64,000 bases of DNA. It comes from Deltaproteobacteria bacterium (GTDB lineage: Bacteria > Desulfobacterota_D > UBA1144 > Nemesobacterales > CSP1-2). The stretch spans positions 509,722-573,721 of the forward strand of contig JBQTHB010000002.1 in NCBI GenBank assembly GCA_052390235.1. Direction: 5' to 3'. The translations under genes and the position numbers were made by a program. The notes under the pieces were generated by a model. That model worked only from the letters and a program-made list of their open reading frames with translations, ran no database searches and was not told the origin of the DNA. Shown piece after piece: positions 1 through 11,028 of the stretch (within the stretch, counting starts at the first letter, position 1; each line of letters opens with the position of its first letter).

Positions 1-806
1 ATTCCGTAGCGCGATTTGAGGGTTTCGAGAGCCGCTATTGCTAAAGATGCGTTTTCAATCTGGTGCGCCCCTGCAAGGCTGAATGAAGCGTTCTCTAAAT
101 TCCAAATCTCCCCTCGGTATCTGAAATTATCCGCGCCCATGCCCTCGGCTCTGAAATCAGCGCCCATCACTCTAAGCGGGGATTGGACATCCCTGGCCTT
201 AGCTCGAATCACGCCTAGGGCATCGCCGGTTGCGGCCGTTACGGCGGGTGTGCCGGGCTTTATAATGCCGGCTTTTTCGGCGGCAATTTCCACTGCGCTC
301 TCGCCGAGAAACTCCGTATGATCCCTCGATACGTTTGTAATCACAGACACGAGGGGAGAGGCTACATTTGTCGCGTCCCAAAGACCGCCCATGCCCACCT
401 CAAGCACCGAAAAATCCACCCCACGCTCGGCAAAGTATAGAAACGCCGCCGCCGTTAAAACCTCGAAATAACTAGGCGCGACGCCCGCTGCCTCCGCCGC
501 GTCCCTTATGCGCAGCACGAGGGCTGATAACTCAGCCGGAGCAATTTGGGCGGAGTTTACTTTGACTCTCTCCGTGATTTGCACTAGATGAGGGGAGGTG
601 TAAAGCCCGACCGCAAATCCCGCCGCTTCTAGACCCGAAGCTATAGCCGCCGCCGTCGAGCCTTTGCCGTTTGTGCCGCCAATTATTAGGCAGGGGATTT
701 GGTTATGCGGATTTCCTAGGGATTTGAGAACTGCGGATACGCGCTCAAGCCCTGGCTTCACTTTGAACCGCCCTAGGGAGTTGAGATAGCAAATAGCATC
801 GTTCAT
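1..806 (-). CDS. folC: Folylpolyglutamate synthase/dihydrofolate synthase (3' end runs off window; absent from ORF track)
   Basis: Manual translation from ATG at 806: MNDAICYLNSLGRFKVKPGLERV...IGGTNGKGST...GLYTSPHL...SYFEVLT...LEVGMGGLWDATNV...DHTEFLG...IAAEKAGIIK, all FolC motifs. Confidence 0.95.
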   Translation of the reverse strand, partial: MNDAICYLNSLGRFKVKPGLERVSAVLKSLGNPHNQIPCLIIGGTNGKGSTAAAIASGLEAAGFAVGLYTSPHLVQITERVKVNSAQIAPAELSALVLRIRDAAEAAGVAPSYFEVLTAAAFLYFAERGVDFSVLEVGMGGLWDATNVASPLVSVITNVSRDHTEFLGESAVEIAAEKAGIIKPGTPAVTAATGDALGVIRAKARDVQSPLRVMGADFRAEGMGADNFRYRGEIWNLENASFSLAGAHQIENASLAIAALETLKSRYG

Positions 807-891
807 GGAATTATATAAAAAGAGAAATCAAGCCCCGGCTCACTCACGCCTCAATTGCCAGTTTTAAGAGCGAATAATTCAAACACCGCCC

Positions 892-1236
892 CTAGCCCGG
901 GGGCCATGCCATCTTCCGTCCGCCCATAACGTGGAGGTGAATATGCCAGACTGACTGTCCGCTCTCAATACCGCAATTGATGACGAGCCTGAACCCTTTT
1001 TCGGCGATATTTTGGGATTTGGCTATTTGATTGGCTACATAAACCAGGTGTCCCAGAAGGGTCTTGTCGGATTCCTCAGCTTCTACGACAGTGCGGATGT
1101 GTTTTTTGGGGATGACTAAGATATGCACCGGGGCTTTGGGGCTAATGTCGCTAAAAGCAATAGAAAAGTCGTCTTCGTGGACTATATTTGCCGGAATTTT
1201 TTTATCAGCTATGGCGCAAAATATGCAATTGCTCAT
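892..1236 (-). CDS. hinT: Histidine triad (HIT/HinT) nucleotide-binding protein
   Basis: N-terminal CIFC, triad HIHLH, C-terminal WPPG. Confidence 0.93.
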   Translation of the reverse strand: MSNCIFCAIADKKIPANIVHEDDFSIAFSDISPKAPVHILVIPKKHIRTVVEAEESDKTLLGHLVYVANQIAKSQNIAEKGFRLVINCGIESGQSVWHIHLHVMGGRKMAWPPG

Positions 1237-1392
1237 CTTCCTCTCTCAAACTTACTATTGACGAGTGTTGATTATATCATAATTTATCAAATTCACTTGA
1301 CTGATTTAATCTCTAAGCTAAAGTTTATCTAGTGGTAATATTTACCGTTTACTTAATTATATGATTTAGAATTCAAAGCGAGGTTATTAAAA

Positions 1393-1884
1393 GTGATTCA
1401 TAAATTAAAGCCCAAGGCTGAAACAAAGAAAACCCTAGATATATACCTCAAGCAGAAGCGCCTGAAATCCACCACGCAGAGAGACATTATTTTCGATGAG
1501 TTTTTTAACTATTCCGGACAGCATATTACAGTTGAGGAGCTTTACGATAAGCTCAAAAAAGATCACCCAGGCATAGGCTACGCCACAGTGTATAGAACTT
1601 TGAAACTATTCACCGAGTGTGGACTTGCCTTTGAGAGGAATTTTATAAAAGATGGCAGAACACGCTACGAGCCGGTGAAATTCGAGGGCGAGCGCCACGA
1701 CCACCTCATCTGCATAGGTTGCGGCAAGATAGTCGAGTTCGAGAATTCTAGAATCGAGCATTACACCAGCGAAGTAGCTCGCCAGAACGGGTTTGGAGTC
1801 GAGCATCACAAGCTCGAGGTCTATGGCTACTGCCACTCCTGCTCAGGGGAGAAAAAAGAATACGGCAACGGCTATAAGGGTTAG
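1393..1884 (+). CDS. fur: Fur-family transcriptional regulator
   Basis: ATVYRTL helix, HDHLICxxC and C-terminal CxxC. Confidence 0.9.
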   Translation: MIHKLKPKAETKKTLDIYLKQKRLKSTTQRDIIFDEFFNYSGQHITVEELYDKLKKDHPGIGYATVYRTLKLFTECGLAFERNFIKDGRTRYEPVKFEGERHDHLICIGCGKIVEFENSRIEHYTSEVARQNGFGVEHHKLEVYGYCHSCSGEKKEYGNGYKG

Positions 1885-1899
1885 CGGCGGCAGGAGCGC

Positions 1900-2283
1900 C
1901 TAGGGGGATTTCTCCAGTACCACGAAGGCGGCGGCGTAATCCCCATCGTGTGATATAGAAACGTGAATCGAGGTTATGCCCAAATCCCGAATCATCTCCT
2001 TGCCCGCTCCCCTGACGATAACGCTGGGCCTGCCGCTCCCGTCTCTTGCGGTTTCAATATCCCGAAGGCGCACCCCCCGTCCCATCCCAATTCCCAGAGC
2101 CTTGAGTAGGGCCTCTTTTACCGCGAAGCTAGAGGCGTATCGCTGATGATTCATCTTATGGCGCTCGCAGTAGGAGATTTCCGCCTCAGTGAATATTCTA
2201 CGTTTGAAATTATCCCCCCAACCCTCTAGGAGCTTTTTAATTCTCGGCGTGTGTACGATGTCAATTCCTATTCCGTAGGTCAT
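1900..2283 (-). CDS. acpS: Holo-ACP synthase
   Basis: GIGIDIV, FAVKEA, SISHD motifs; follows pdxJ. Confidence 0.95.
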   Translation of the reverse strand: MTYGIGIDIVHTPRIKKLLEGWGDNFKRRIFTEAEISYCERHKMNHQRYASSFAVKEALLKALGIGMGRGVRLRDIETARDGSGRPSVIVRGAGKEMIRDLGITSIHVSISHDGDYAAAFVVLEKSP

Positions 2284-2370
2284 CTGCGCGGTGTATAAGC
2301 GGATTTATTTTGAATCATCGCAGGAGGGTAGGGGGCATAGCAGAGTAGTTTATGGGATGATGAAGTTGCC

Positions 2371-3099
2371 CTATGTGTTGCTGCTACCCGCACAGCACAG
2401 AATCATCTCTCTTACGGCCCTTTCCATCCCCACTATGACGGCGCGGGAGACGATGCTGTGTCCGATGTTTAGCTCCTCGACCCCTTTAATCGAGGCTACA
2501 TCTCTTGTGTTCGTGTAATTTAGCCCGTGTCCGGCGGCGGCCCGGAGGTTTAGGGAAACGGCGGCGGCGATGGCATCTTCAATTTTTATAAGCTCTCTAT
2601 ACATTTCGGATTCCGTTTTTGCATCGGCGTAAAGCCCGGTGTGGATTTCAACCATATTCGCCCCCGCATCTGCGCAAGCCTCGATTTGCTCCCTGTCCGG
2701 GTCAATAAAGAGGCTCACAAATATCCCTCCGCTTTTAAGCTCCCTCACGGCGTCGGCTATTTCCCTGCTAAAGCCGGCTACGTTCAGCCCGCCCTCGGTT
2801 GTAAGCTCCTGCCTCTTCTCAGGCACTAGGGTCGCCATCTGGGGTTTTATCTCGCGGGCGATTTGTATCATTGCATCCGTTGCCGCCATCTCCAGATTGA
2901 GCTTTGTCTTGACGGTTCTGCGCAGGATTTGGAGGTCTCTGTCCTGAATGTGGCGTCTGTCCTCCCGCAGGTGAGCTACAATTCCGTCTGCTCCGGCAAG
3001 CTCGGCGAGATACGCCGCAAGCACGGGGTCGGGCTCAGCCCCTCCGCGCGCCTGTCTGACGGTTGCCACGTGGTCAATGTTTACGTTCAATTTTGGCAT
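2371..3099 (-). CDS. pdxJ: Pyridoxine 5'-phosphate synthase
   Basis: [24 protein letters not shown] motifs. Confidence 0.97.
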   Translation of the reverse strand: MPKLNVNIDHVATVRQARGGAEPDPVLAAYLAELAGADGIVAHLREDRRHIQDRDLQILRRTVKTKLNLEMAATDAMIQIAREIKPQMATLVPEKRQELTTEGGLNVAGFSREIADAVRELKSGGIFVSLFIDPDREQIEACADAGANMVEIHTGLYADAKTESEMYRELIKIEDAIAAAVSLNLRAAAGHGLNYTNTRDVASIKGVEELNIGHSIVSRAVIVGMERAVREMILCCAGSSNT

Positions 3100-3106
3100 C
3101 GTGAAT

Positions 3107-4465
3107 TTATCCGAGATGTTTCTCTATGAGGGATGAAATGTCGTTTGCTATTTCAGCAATGAGGATTTCGCACTCGCCCTCGACCATGACCCGCGCCAGT
3201 GGCTCTGTTCCTGAATATCTGAGATTGATTCTGCCTCTGCCGCCCAGTTTCTTGGAGCAGGAGTCGAATAGAGTCCCGATGTCCGGTATATCGTTAAACG
3301 GTTTTTTGCTCTTCACGCGGACACTGACTAGGGTTTGGGGGAAAGGCTCGATAATTTTGGATAACTCCGAGAGGGGTCTGCCGCGTTGCTTCATGACCGC
3401 GAGTATTTGAAGGGCGGCAAGGGTGCCGTCTCCTGTGGTGTTGTGGCTTAAGAATATGATGTGTCCCGATTTCTCGCCTCCGAAATTCGACCCGCGCCGC
3501 TTCATTTCATCCACCACGTAGCGGTCTCCAACGGGGGTTCGCACGAAATTTGCCCGGGACTCCCTCACAAACGCCTCGAGAGCCATATTGCTCATTATCG
3601 TCGCTACCACCGTGTTATTCGAGAGCGAGCCTGATTTTATCAGCTCGTCCGCGCAGATAGCCATGATTTTATCCCCATCCACCTCCGCGCCTTTCTCGTC
3701 TGAGAATATGACCCTGTCGGCGTCTCCGTCGAGAGCTATGCCTATATCCGCCCCCGCCTCAACGACTTTTTGCTTTAGCAGGTCGGGATAGAGCGCCCCG
3801 CATTTCGCATTGATGTTTTTTCCATTTGGGCTAGCTCCAATGACGGTTACGCTCGCCCCAAGTTCCTCAAACACCAGAGGCGCAACCCTATATGCCGCTC
3901 CGTTGGCGCAGTCAAGCACGATTTTGATTCCCTCAAGCGTTATATCTCGCGGGAAAGTGTTCTTTACAAAAACAACATAGCGCCCCCTGGCGTCCTCGAT
4001 TCTAAAGGCTTTGCCGATTTCTCCAGCGGGCGCAAAGAGCTTTTCAGCCTCTCCGCTCAACATAGCGCGCTCGATTTCGAGCTCTTTTTCATCCGGTAGC
4101 TTAAACCCGAACCTGTCAAAAATTTTGATGCCGTTGTCTTCGTAGGGATTATGCGAGGCTGATATGACCACTCCGGCGTCTGCCCTCATGCTTCCGGTAA
4201 GAAAGGCTATTGCCGGTGTAGGCAGAGGGCCTACGAGAAGCACATCTCCGCCCACGGAGGCAATGCCGGCGGAAAGCGCCTGCTCGAACATATACCCGGA
4301 GAGCCTAGTGTCCTTGCCTATGACTACTTTCGGGCGGCGTGAATCTTTCAGCACATGGGTTAGGGCTTTTCCGAGCCTCAGGCTCATCTCAGGGGTCATG
4401 GGCTCGCAGTTTGCAATCCCTCTAACGCCGTCTGTTCCGAATAGTGTCCTGCCGTTCTCAGACAA
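3107..4465 (-). CDS. glmM: Phosphoglucosamine mutase
   Basis: [15 protein letters not shown] phosphoserine loop, DGDADR, RYSGTEP. Confidence 0.97.
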   Translation of the reverse strand: MSENGRTLFGTDGVRGIANCEPMTPEMSLRLGKALTHVLKDSRRPKVVIGKDTRLSGYMFEQALSAGIASVGGDVLLVGPLPTPAIAFLTGSMRADAGVVISASHNPYEDNGIKIFDRFGFKLPDEKELEIERAMLSGEAEKLFAPAGEIGKAFRIEDARGRYVVFVKNTFPRDITLEGIKIVLDCANGAAYRVAPLVFEELGASVTVIGASPNGKNINAKCGALYPDLLKQKVVEAGADIGIALDGDADRVIFSDEKGAEVDGDKIMAICADELIKSGSLSNNTVVATIMSNMALEAFVRESRANFVRTPVGDRYVVDEMKRRGSNFGGEKSGHIIFLSHNTTGDGTLAALQILAVMKQRGRPLSELSKIIEPFPQTLVSVRVKSKKPFNDIPDIGTLFDSCSKKLGGRGRINLRYSGTEPLARVMVEGECEILIAEIANDISSLIEKHLG

Positions 4466-4487
4466 TTTTGTGGTCTCCTGAGTAAGA

Positions 4488-5453
4488 TTAGTTCAATCTG
4501 ATTTCAACCGAGTCGGGAAACATTTTCTTAAGCACTAGAGTCTCTTTGGCGGGAAAGCTCACGTTGATCTTGAGCCTCTCGGATTTCTTCTTTCCGTTTT
4601 CAACACCGCTTCCGTCAACAAAAACGTTTATATCGCCGCTATTTAGGTCTTTTATAATGCTGTACCGCCCCTCAAATTCGAGTTCTGCCTTCAATCCGCC
4701 AAGAGGGGTAAATTTAACGCCGCTAAAGTTTACGAAATTTATTTCAATATCCTTAAACTCCTTAGCTACGGTTATCTCCTTAATATTTACTGTAACCCTC
4801 GCCGTCTCGTTTCCCACAATTCTCACCAGGGAATTCGGAGTTTTGAGTGGAACTTGTATGGTGAATTCGGTTCTGACCCCCACGGTGGGGACAAGGTCGG
4901 TGGATACGCTCTCGATTTTCGAGAGAATCCTTGCAGGCCCCTTGATTTTTATCTTTGACGGGGATACTTTTGTCTCGCTTGCCACTTCAAAGCCCTCGTC
5001 TGTCTCTCCCACCACGGGATTTACTCTCACCTCTTTTTCTTCGAGCTTATCGGCTTCAACCTCGATTAATCCCGGGCTAACGCCAGTAACCTGAACGCCG
5101 CGAGGAACTTTTATTTGATCCGTTAGGATCTCAAATTTAGACACGCCCGGGGTGATATTGCCAATATCAAGCGAATACGCAAAGTCGCTTGGCGAGAATG
5201 AGGTCAGCTTAGCGCGCGGCCCGCGGATGCTCAAATTGAGCTTTTCCGCAGGCTTGTTGACTATAATTAACTCCTCCGAGAGGTTTGAGTAATTTACTTC
5301 AACCGCAACGCTTTTTTCAATTTCGTTTTCCATGTTGGCGACAAACCAAAGGGATATGCCGACGACGATGGCGAGGAGCTTCTTTCCTATATTTTCAAAT
5401 AGGATATTTCTCCGCCATTCTGAGGATTTCCCTTTTTTCTCAGCCTTTGCCAA
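4488..5453 (-). CDS. cdaR: CdaR/YbbR-like regulator of diadenylate cyclase
   Basis: N-terminal TM ending LWFV, beta-rich YbbR-like repeats, position between cdaA and glmM. Confidence 0.85.
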   Translation of the reverse strand: MAKAEKKGKSSEWRRNILFENIGKKLLAIVVGISLWFVANMENEIEKSVAVEVNYSNLSEELIIVNKPAEKLNLSIRGPRAKLTSFSPSDFAYSLDIGNITPGVSKFEILTDQIKVPRGVQVTGVSPGLIEVEADKLEEKEVRVNPVVGETDEGFEVASETKVSPSKIKIKGPARILSKIESVSTDLVPTVGVRTEFTIQVPLKTPNSLVRIVGNETARVTVNIKEITVAKEFKDIEINFVNFSGVKFTPLGGLKAELEFEGRYSIIKDLNSGDINVFVDGSGVENGKKKSERLKINVSFPAKETLVLKKMFPDSVEIRLN

Positions 5454-6279
5454 CTTTTTCGGCTCCTGATTTTCTTCTTAGCATACGCTTGAAAAAGCTG
5501 TAGCCTCTGTTCTGCTCCCTTTTAATTTCGAGCAGTTCAATGAGACGGTTATTGAGGGACGTTGCGTCCAAGCCCCTTGTCAGAGCGCTGCTGTGGGCTA
5601 GGGATATAGCGCCAGTTTCTTCAGAAACTATGATAATTATAGCATCGGTTTCTCTCGAAAGCCCGATGGCGGCCCTGTGTCTCGTGCCGAGTTCTCTGCC
5701 CATATCGGGGTCTGTGGCAAGGGGGAAAAACGACCCCGCGGACAGAATTCTATTGCTTTTTATTATCATCCCTCCGTCGTGAAGCGGGGACGAGGTATGA
5801 AATATGCTTACAATAACCTCTCTGGACACTATGGCGTCGAGCTTCATCCCTATCTCTACGAAATCCGCGAGGCTATTTTTTCCTTCAATTGCAATGAGCG
5901 CGCCAATTTTGCGGCTTGCCAGCAGGCTGGTGGCTTTGACTATCTCGCTAATGACGTTTTCCTCTTCCGTCCCTCCTGATGAAAGGGTAACTAGAAGCGG
6001 GTTTTTGCCGAGCGTGATGAGCGCTTTTCGTATATCGTTCTGGAATAGAATTACCACAATCAGTATTATCGAGCCGAGGAAATGCCCAAGTATCCAATTG
6101 AGCGTGAAAAACTCGCCCACCTGCGAGAGCATATATAGCCCCGATACCACGCCGAGTCCGAAGAGGACTTGAGCCGCTCTGGTCTTCTCGATGAGGCTCA
6201 GTATGTAGTAAACGATAAGCGCTACAAAAACTATGTCGAGGGCGTCGCGGTATTTAAAATTAGCTATAACATCAAACAT
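5440..6279 (-). CDS. cdaA: Diadenylate cyclase (c-di-AMP synthase)
   Basis: Three N-terminal TMs, PLHDGG and GTRHRAA catalytic motifs, VSEETG. Confidence 0.95.
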   Translation of the reverse strand: MFDVIANFKYRDALDIVFVALIVYYILSLIEKTRAAQVLFGLGVVSGLYMLSQVGEFFTLNWILGHFLGSIILIVVILFQNDIRKALITLGKNPLLVTLSSGGTEEENVISEIVKATSLLASRKIGALIAIEGKNSLADFVEIGMKLDAIVSREVIVSIFHTSSPLHDGGMIIKSNRILSAGSFFPLATDPDMGRELGTRHRAAIGLSRETDAIIIIVSEETGAISLAHSSALTRGLDATSLNNRLIELLEIKREQNRGYSFFKRMLRRKSGAEKVGKG

Positions 6280-6315
6280 TGCCGATAAAATCCCCCTCCG
6301 CTTAGTTGCCGACTT

Positions 6316-7224
6316 TCAGCTTTCCATAACCGCGTCTGCTATGAGCGCGGCGCGCCTTGCCTGAAGCACGTCGTGAACCCTCACTACGGACGCCCCGTTC
6401 ATAATCCCTATCGCCACAGTCGCCAGCGTCCCCTCGGCGCGGTCTTCTATGCGCTCTGCTCCGAGAACCCTGCCAATGAATGACTTCCTCGATGTCCCTA
6501 TTAAAATTGGTTTTCCGAGCCGCAGAAACTCTCCGAGCCGCTTTAGTAGCTCTAAATTCTGCTCCGGCGTTTTTCCAAATCCGAACCCCGGGTCAATTAA
6601 AATACTATCGGGCATCACTCCCTGCCTGTGCGCAAGCTCTATGGATTCCCTGAGCGAGCCGGCTATATCCCCTACGAGCGAGCCATAATTCACTCTGCGT
6701 TGCATATCCCTAGGGCGCGAGGGCGTGTGCATAATTATAAGTCCCGATTTATATTTTGCGGCGACCTCGGCGATTTGAGGCTCGAATTTAAGCCCGCTTA
6801 CGTCGTTTACAATTGCCGCCCCTTCTCTGAGCGCCTGCTCGGCTACTGCCGCCTTAGTTGTATCTATTGATATAGCAACGCTGAAGCGCCGCACAATCTC
6901 TCGGATTACCGGAATTACGCGCCCCAACTCCTCCCCTTCGGACACCGCATCTGAGCCGGGCTTTGTTGATTCCCCCCCGACGTCAATAATATCCGCCCCC
7001 TCGGCTATCATTATTTCTACCTGTTTTAAGGATTTGTCAAGCTCTGTGAATCTGCCGCCGTCGGAGAACGAATCCGGGGTAACGTTGAGAATTCCCATAA
7101 TTCTCGTCTCTCTGCCTAGGGTTAACTCTCTGCCGCGGAATTTAAATATCGAAATGGGGCGTTCTGCGTGCTTGGCAGATTGTTCGGGCAATGATGAGGA
7201 TATGGGATTTTTAATTAAATCCAT
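6316..7224 (-). CDS. folP: Dihydropteroate synthase
   Basis: MGILNVTPDSFSDGG, DPGFGFGK, SRKSF, RVHDV. Confidence 0.97.
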   Translation of the reverse strand: MDLIKNPISSSLPEQSAKHAERPISIFKFRGRELTLGRETRIMGILNVTPDSFSDGGRFTELDKSLKQVEIMIAEGADIIDVGGESTKPGSDAVSEGEELGRVIPVIREIVRRFSVAISIDTTKAAVAEQALREGAAIVNDVSGLKFEPQIAEVAAKYKSGLIIMHTPSRPRDMQRRVNYGSLVGDIAGSLRESIELAHRQGVMPDSILIDPGFGFGKTPEQNLELLKRLGEFLRLGKPILIGTSRKSFIGRVLGAERIEDRAEGTLATVAIGIMNGASVVRVHDVLQARRAALIADAVMES

Positions 7225-7288
7225 TTAACCCTGGAGGATCGCCATCTTGGGCGGCATCGGAAATCCGGCGCGGGGGATTTTTTGATTG

Positions 7289-9199
7289 TTATGTATTATC
7301 GCTGGAGGATGCGCCCCGCAACGCTACTGACGGGGTAAGACTACCGCTTGCTCCTCCCCCCTCCCAAGTGGATGAGGGCGGAGGCGTGGTTTGGGGTTTT
7401 GCCTGCTTTACTATGTCTTCGAGTTCTTTGCTGTCGAGTACTTCTTTTTCAAGAAGGGCGGCGGCTACTCTGTGCAGCAGGTCTATATCTCTCTCTAGGA
7501 GCGACTTGGCTTTGCTATAGCTGTCGTTGATGATTTTTGTGATTTCGCGGTCAATTTCCACTGCCGTCGCTTCGCTGTAGTCCTTATGGCGGGACAACTC
7601 TTTGCCGAGGAATATCTGGTCTTCTTTTTTGCCGAAGTTCACGGGCCCAATTTTATCGCTCATTCCCCACTCACAGATCATCCTGCGGGCAATTTCGGTT
7701 ACGCGCTCGAGGTCGTTGCCTGCGCCGCTGGTTTTCTCGTTGAATATAATCTCTTCCGCTGCCCTTCCGCCGAGAAGCACGAGGATTGTGTTATACAGAT
7801 AGGTCTTGGAAAGAGTGTATTTGTCCTCTATGGGAAGCTGCTGCGTTACGCCGAGCGCGAGCCCCCTTGGGATGATAGTAACCTTATGAATCGGGTCTGT
7901 GCCGGGTGTGAGCTTTGCCACGAGGGCGTGTCCGGCTTCGTGGTAGGCGGTAATTCTCTTCTCGTGGTCGCTTATTATCAGGCTCTTTCTCTCGACTCCC
8001 ATGATGACCTTGTCTTTTGAGTATTCAAAATCATCCATGGTGAGCTTCGCTCTTCCGAGCCGCGCGGCGTGGAGAGCCGATTCATTTACTAGGTTTTCTA
8101 AGTCCGCGCCTGAAAATCCGGGGGTTGACCTCGCAATGACGGCTAATTTGACTGTCTCGTCAACCGGAGTGTCTTTAGTGTGTACTTTGAGGATTTCCTC
8201 TCTCCCCCTCACGTCAGGTCTCGGAACCACCACCTGGCGGTCGAACCTTCCGGGTCTGAGAAGAGCGGGGTCAAGCACATCCGGGCGGTTTGTTGCGGCA
8301 ATGACGATGATCCCTTCATTCGCCTCAAATCCATCCATCTCGACCAGAAGCTGGTTTAGGGTCTGCTCTCTCTCGTCATGCCCTCCGCCGAGTCCCGCGC
8401 CTCTGTGCCGCCCTACGGCATCAAGCTCGTCAACGAATATAATGCAGGGCGAATGACGCTTTGCCTGCGCAAATAGGTCTCTCACTCTCGACGCGCCGAC
8501 CCCTACGAACATCTCTACAAAATCGCTTCCGCTGATGATGAAAAACGGGACTCCCGCTTCCCCGGCAATGGCTTTGGCGAGGAGAGTTTTTCCTGTTCCC
8601 GGCGGCCCGACAAGGAGAATGCCCTTGGGGATGCGCCCTCCGAGGCGGGTGAATTTCTTTGGATTTTTGAGGAATTCGACGATTTCCTGAACCTCTTCTT
8701 TTGCCTCGTCAATTCCAGCGACGTCTTTAAAGGTGGTTTTGTTCTGATTTTCGGTGAGCATACGGGCGCGGCTCTTGCCAAAGGACATGGCTTTCGTGCC
8801 GCCTGCCTGGAGCTGCCTCATAAATATGAACATTATGGCTATGAGTATTATGAGCGGAGCCCAGTTAAATAGTATCTGCACGAGAGTGCCTTCTTTGTTC
8901 TCGGCAAATTTAAAGGCGACGTTCTTGTCGCTTAGGGTTTTCAATAGGTCGTCGTTTGCCGGACCTACGGTCTTAAAGCCTTGACTGAGCTCGTTTTTCT
9001 TTATTGAATAAGTCCCTTTAATAGCCTCCCCGCTGAACTCTACCTCTTTAATCTCTCCATTTTTGAGGCTCAGTATAAATTCGCTATAGGGGATTTCGAC
9101 GCTCCCAGTCTTGGGGGTCTGGATGAGTTGATAAAGGGCTATTATCGCCACGAAAATTACTACCCATAAAATTAAGTTCTTAAATAGCTGACTGCTCAC
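7289..9199 (-). CDS. ftsH: ATP-dependent zinc metalloprotease FtsH
   Basis: Two TMs, GPPGTGKT Walker A, RPGRFDR, HEAGH. Confidence 0.98.
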   Translation of the reverse strand: MSSQLFKNLILWVVIFVAIIALYQLIQTPKTGSVEIPYSEFILSLKNGEIKEVEFSGEAIKGTYSIKKNELSQGFKTVGPANDDLLKTLSDKNVAFKFAENKEGTLVQILFNWAPLIILIAIMFIFMRQLQAGGTKAMSFGKSRARMLTENQNKTTFKDVAGIDEAKEEVQEIVEFLKNPKKFTRLGGRIPKGILLVGPPGTGKTLLAKAIAGEAGVPFFIISGSDFVEMFVGVGASRVRDLFAQAKRHSPCIIFVDELDAVGRHRGAGLGGGHDEREQTLNQLLVEMDGFEANEGIIVIAATNRPDVLDPALLRPGRFDRQVVVPRPDVRGREEILKVHTKDTPVDETVKLAVIARSTPGFSGADLENLVNESALHAARLGRAKLTMDDFEYSKDKVIMGVERKSLIISDHEKRITAYHEAGHALVAKLTPGTDPIHKVTIIPRGLALGVTQQLPIEDKYTLSKTYLYNTILVLLGGRAAEEIIFNEKTSGAGNDLERVTEIARRMICEWGMSDKIGPVNFGKKEDQIFLGKELSRHKDYSEATAVEIDREITKIINDSYSKAKSLLERDIDLLHRVAAALLEKEVLDSKELEDIVKQAKPQTTPPPSSTWEGGGASGSLTPSVALRGASSSDNT

Positions 9200-9238
9200 T
9201 ATATACCCTCTAATTTATTGGAAATTACCCTCAAAACA

Positions 9239-9266
9239 AGAATAGCACACATAACGGACATTTCAA
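9239..9266 (-). promoter_or_regulatory. Putative sigma70 promoter of the ftsH-folP-cdaA-cdaR-glmM-pdxJ-acpS operon
   Basis: Minus strand reads TTGAAA-N16-TATTCT with a TG extended -10, about 40 nt upstream of the GTG start. Confidence 0.5.
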
Positions 9267-9406
9267 TATTTTTTGCCTCGAGAGGATTAGTCAGCCCGTT
9301 TTCGCCGCTTCTCTAATCACTGCGCGAATATCTGAAATATTAGTTATTAGAATACGTGGGTGAGCCCAACGGGGTTCGTCGCGCGGCGGCTCTTTTAGAG
9401 CTATTC

Positions 9407-10357
9407 TCATGATGCGCCGCAGGGGCTCTCGCCAAATACTCCGGTGCTTAAATACCTCTCTCCGGTGTCGCAGAATATGGTCAAAACCTGTTTCCCCCTG
9501 CCTAGCCGCTCGGCCACCCGTACAGCGGCAAGCGCCGCCGCCCCTGCTGAGATTCCGATGAGCAGTCCCTCCTGCCTCGCTATGAGTTTGGTGAATGCGC
9601 GCGCTTCTCTGCCCGTTATCTGCATTATCTCGTTATAGACGTTGCTGAGGGTGTCTGGGATGAAGCCCGCTCCGATGCCCTGAATGTCGTGAACCCCGGC
9701 CCTTCCTCCTGACAGCACGGCGGATTCGGCAGGCTCTACGGCTACGATGTGTATATCGGGGAATCTCCTCTTTAGAACCTCGCCTACGCCGCTGATAGTG
9801 CCTCCGGTTCCTACTCCGGCTACGAATGCGTCAATATTGCCCTCGATTTGCTCTAAGATTTCGGGGCCCGTGGTGAGCCTGTGGGTCTCGGGGTTCGAGG
9901 GGTTTTTAAATTGCTGCGGCATATAAGCGGATTTATTCTCGGAGGCTATCTGCTCTGCTCTTCTTACGGCGCCCTGCATTTTTTCATCCGCCGGAGTAAG
10001 CGCCAATTCCGCGCCGTAAGCCTTGAGCAGAAGCCGCCTTTCAAGACTCATGTCATCGGGCATTGTGAGGATGAGTTTATAACCCTTGACGGAGCATACT
10101 AGGGCGAGTCCAATGCCGGTATTGCCACTTGTAGGCTCCACTATTATATTCCTCGACGGGTGGATTAGCCCTGCTCTCTCGGCGTCTTCAATCATCTTGA
10201 GGCATATCCGCTCCTTGATGCTTCCGCCCGGATTTAAGTTCTCCAGCTTTGCCCAGACCGCCGCCGCCCCTTCGGGAACGACCTTCCTGAGTCTCACAAG
10301 GGGGGTCGCGCCGACCAAATCTAAAATGCTGTTCACTACGGTGTTTCTACTCGGCAT
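9407..10357 (-). CDS. cysK: Cysteine synthase A
   Basis: NPGGSIKER (PLP Lys), PTSGNTG, GVGTGGT, IQGIG, DTGERYLS. Confidence 0.95.
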   Translation of the reverse strand: MPSRNTVVNSILDLVGATPLVRLRKVVPEGAAAVWAKLENLNPGGSIKERICLKMIEDAERAGLIHPSRNIIVEPTSGNTGIGLALVCSVKGYKLILTMPDDMSLERRLLLKAYGAELALTPADEKMQGAVRRAEQIASENKSAYMPQQFKNPSNPETHRLTTGPEILEQIEGNIDAFVAGVGTGGTISGVGEVLKRRFPDIHIVAVEPAESAVLSGGRAGVHDIQGIGAGFIPDTLSNVYNEIMQITGREARAFTKLIARQEGLLIGISAGAAALAAVRVAERLGRGKQVLTIFCDTGERYLSTGVFGESPCGAS

Positions 10358-10364
10358 GGGGGAG

Positions 10365-10562
10365 TTATTTCACTATTAAAGGCAGGATTTCGGCAAGCGC
10401 CGATTGATTTCGCTTTACTATTGCCGCAAAAATCGGCTTGATGATTTCCCAAGGCGTGTCGGGCTTGCGTATCTCGTTTTTGAGCTTGAGCAGAATCCCC
10501 TTGAGTTCCTGGTCTTCAAGGCGACGTATGTAAACGTCGAAAGTGTTATCGGGTTCAGTCAT
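10365..10562 (-). CDS. Small hypothetical protein (65 aa), probably co-transcribed with cysK
   Basis: Helical-looking ORF ending 7 nt before the cysK start; TGTTATAAT element upstream. Confidence 0.65.
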   Translation of the reverse strand: MTEPDNTFDVYIRRLEDQELKGILLKLKNEIRKPDTPWEIIKPIFAAIVKRNQSALAEILPLIVK

Positions 10563-10734
10563 GATAGGCGGGGATTATAACAGGTTCGCCGTTAAATTAT
10601 AGATATATCTTGCGGATTGGCTGAAAAGTTATTAATTCAGATGCGGCCTCTGGGCGGCTCTGCCAATTCCAGAGGGATGAGCTATCAATTATTATACGAA
10701 TCATATATAGACTATATCACAGGAGGAATTACAG

Positions 10735-11028
10735 ATGGAAAACATCTTTGACCACGGAATAACAGAGGACGAGCAGCGCGCAATATTCGATATGGTTTAT
10801 AAGGACAGAGAAGTATATGACCTCTTCTTCTCCGCTGGCGGCGATACGAGTCTCGCTGACTTATTTAGCCTCTATATGCACAGGGGGGATAAGAAAAAAG
10901 CCAAGACATTCCTCGCTAAAATCTCGAACAGAGAATACGCCGCCGACATCGCTTTGTTCTACGGACGCAGAGAGATGCTTAACGAGGAGGAGAAGGAGGA
11001 GAAAAAAGAGAAAAAGAAGAAGAAATAA
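10735..11028 (+). CDS. Hypothetical protein (97 aa) with Glu/Lys-rich tail
   Basis: Strong SD AGGAGG; AT-rich upstream region; protein-like composition. Confidence 0.7.
   Translation: MENIFDHGITEDEQRAIFDMVYKDREVYDLFFSAGGDTSLADLFSLYMHRGDKKKAKTFLAKISNREYAADIALFYGRREMLNEEEKEEKKEKKKKK

Noticed and set aside
16..381. ORF-track calls 16-321 (+) and 199-381 (-)
   Set aside because: They lie within folC, which runs off the window edge in another frame
9270..9406. Possible structured RNA or tRNA between cysK and ftsH
   Set aside because: Only short hairpins; no cloverleaf or riboswitch consensus recognised
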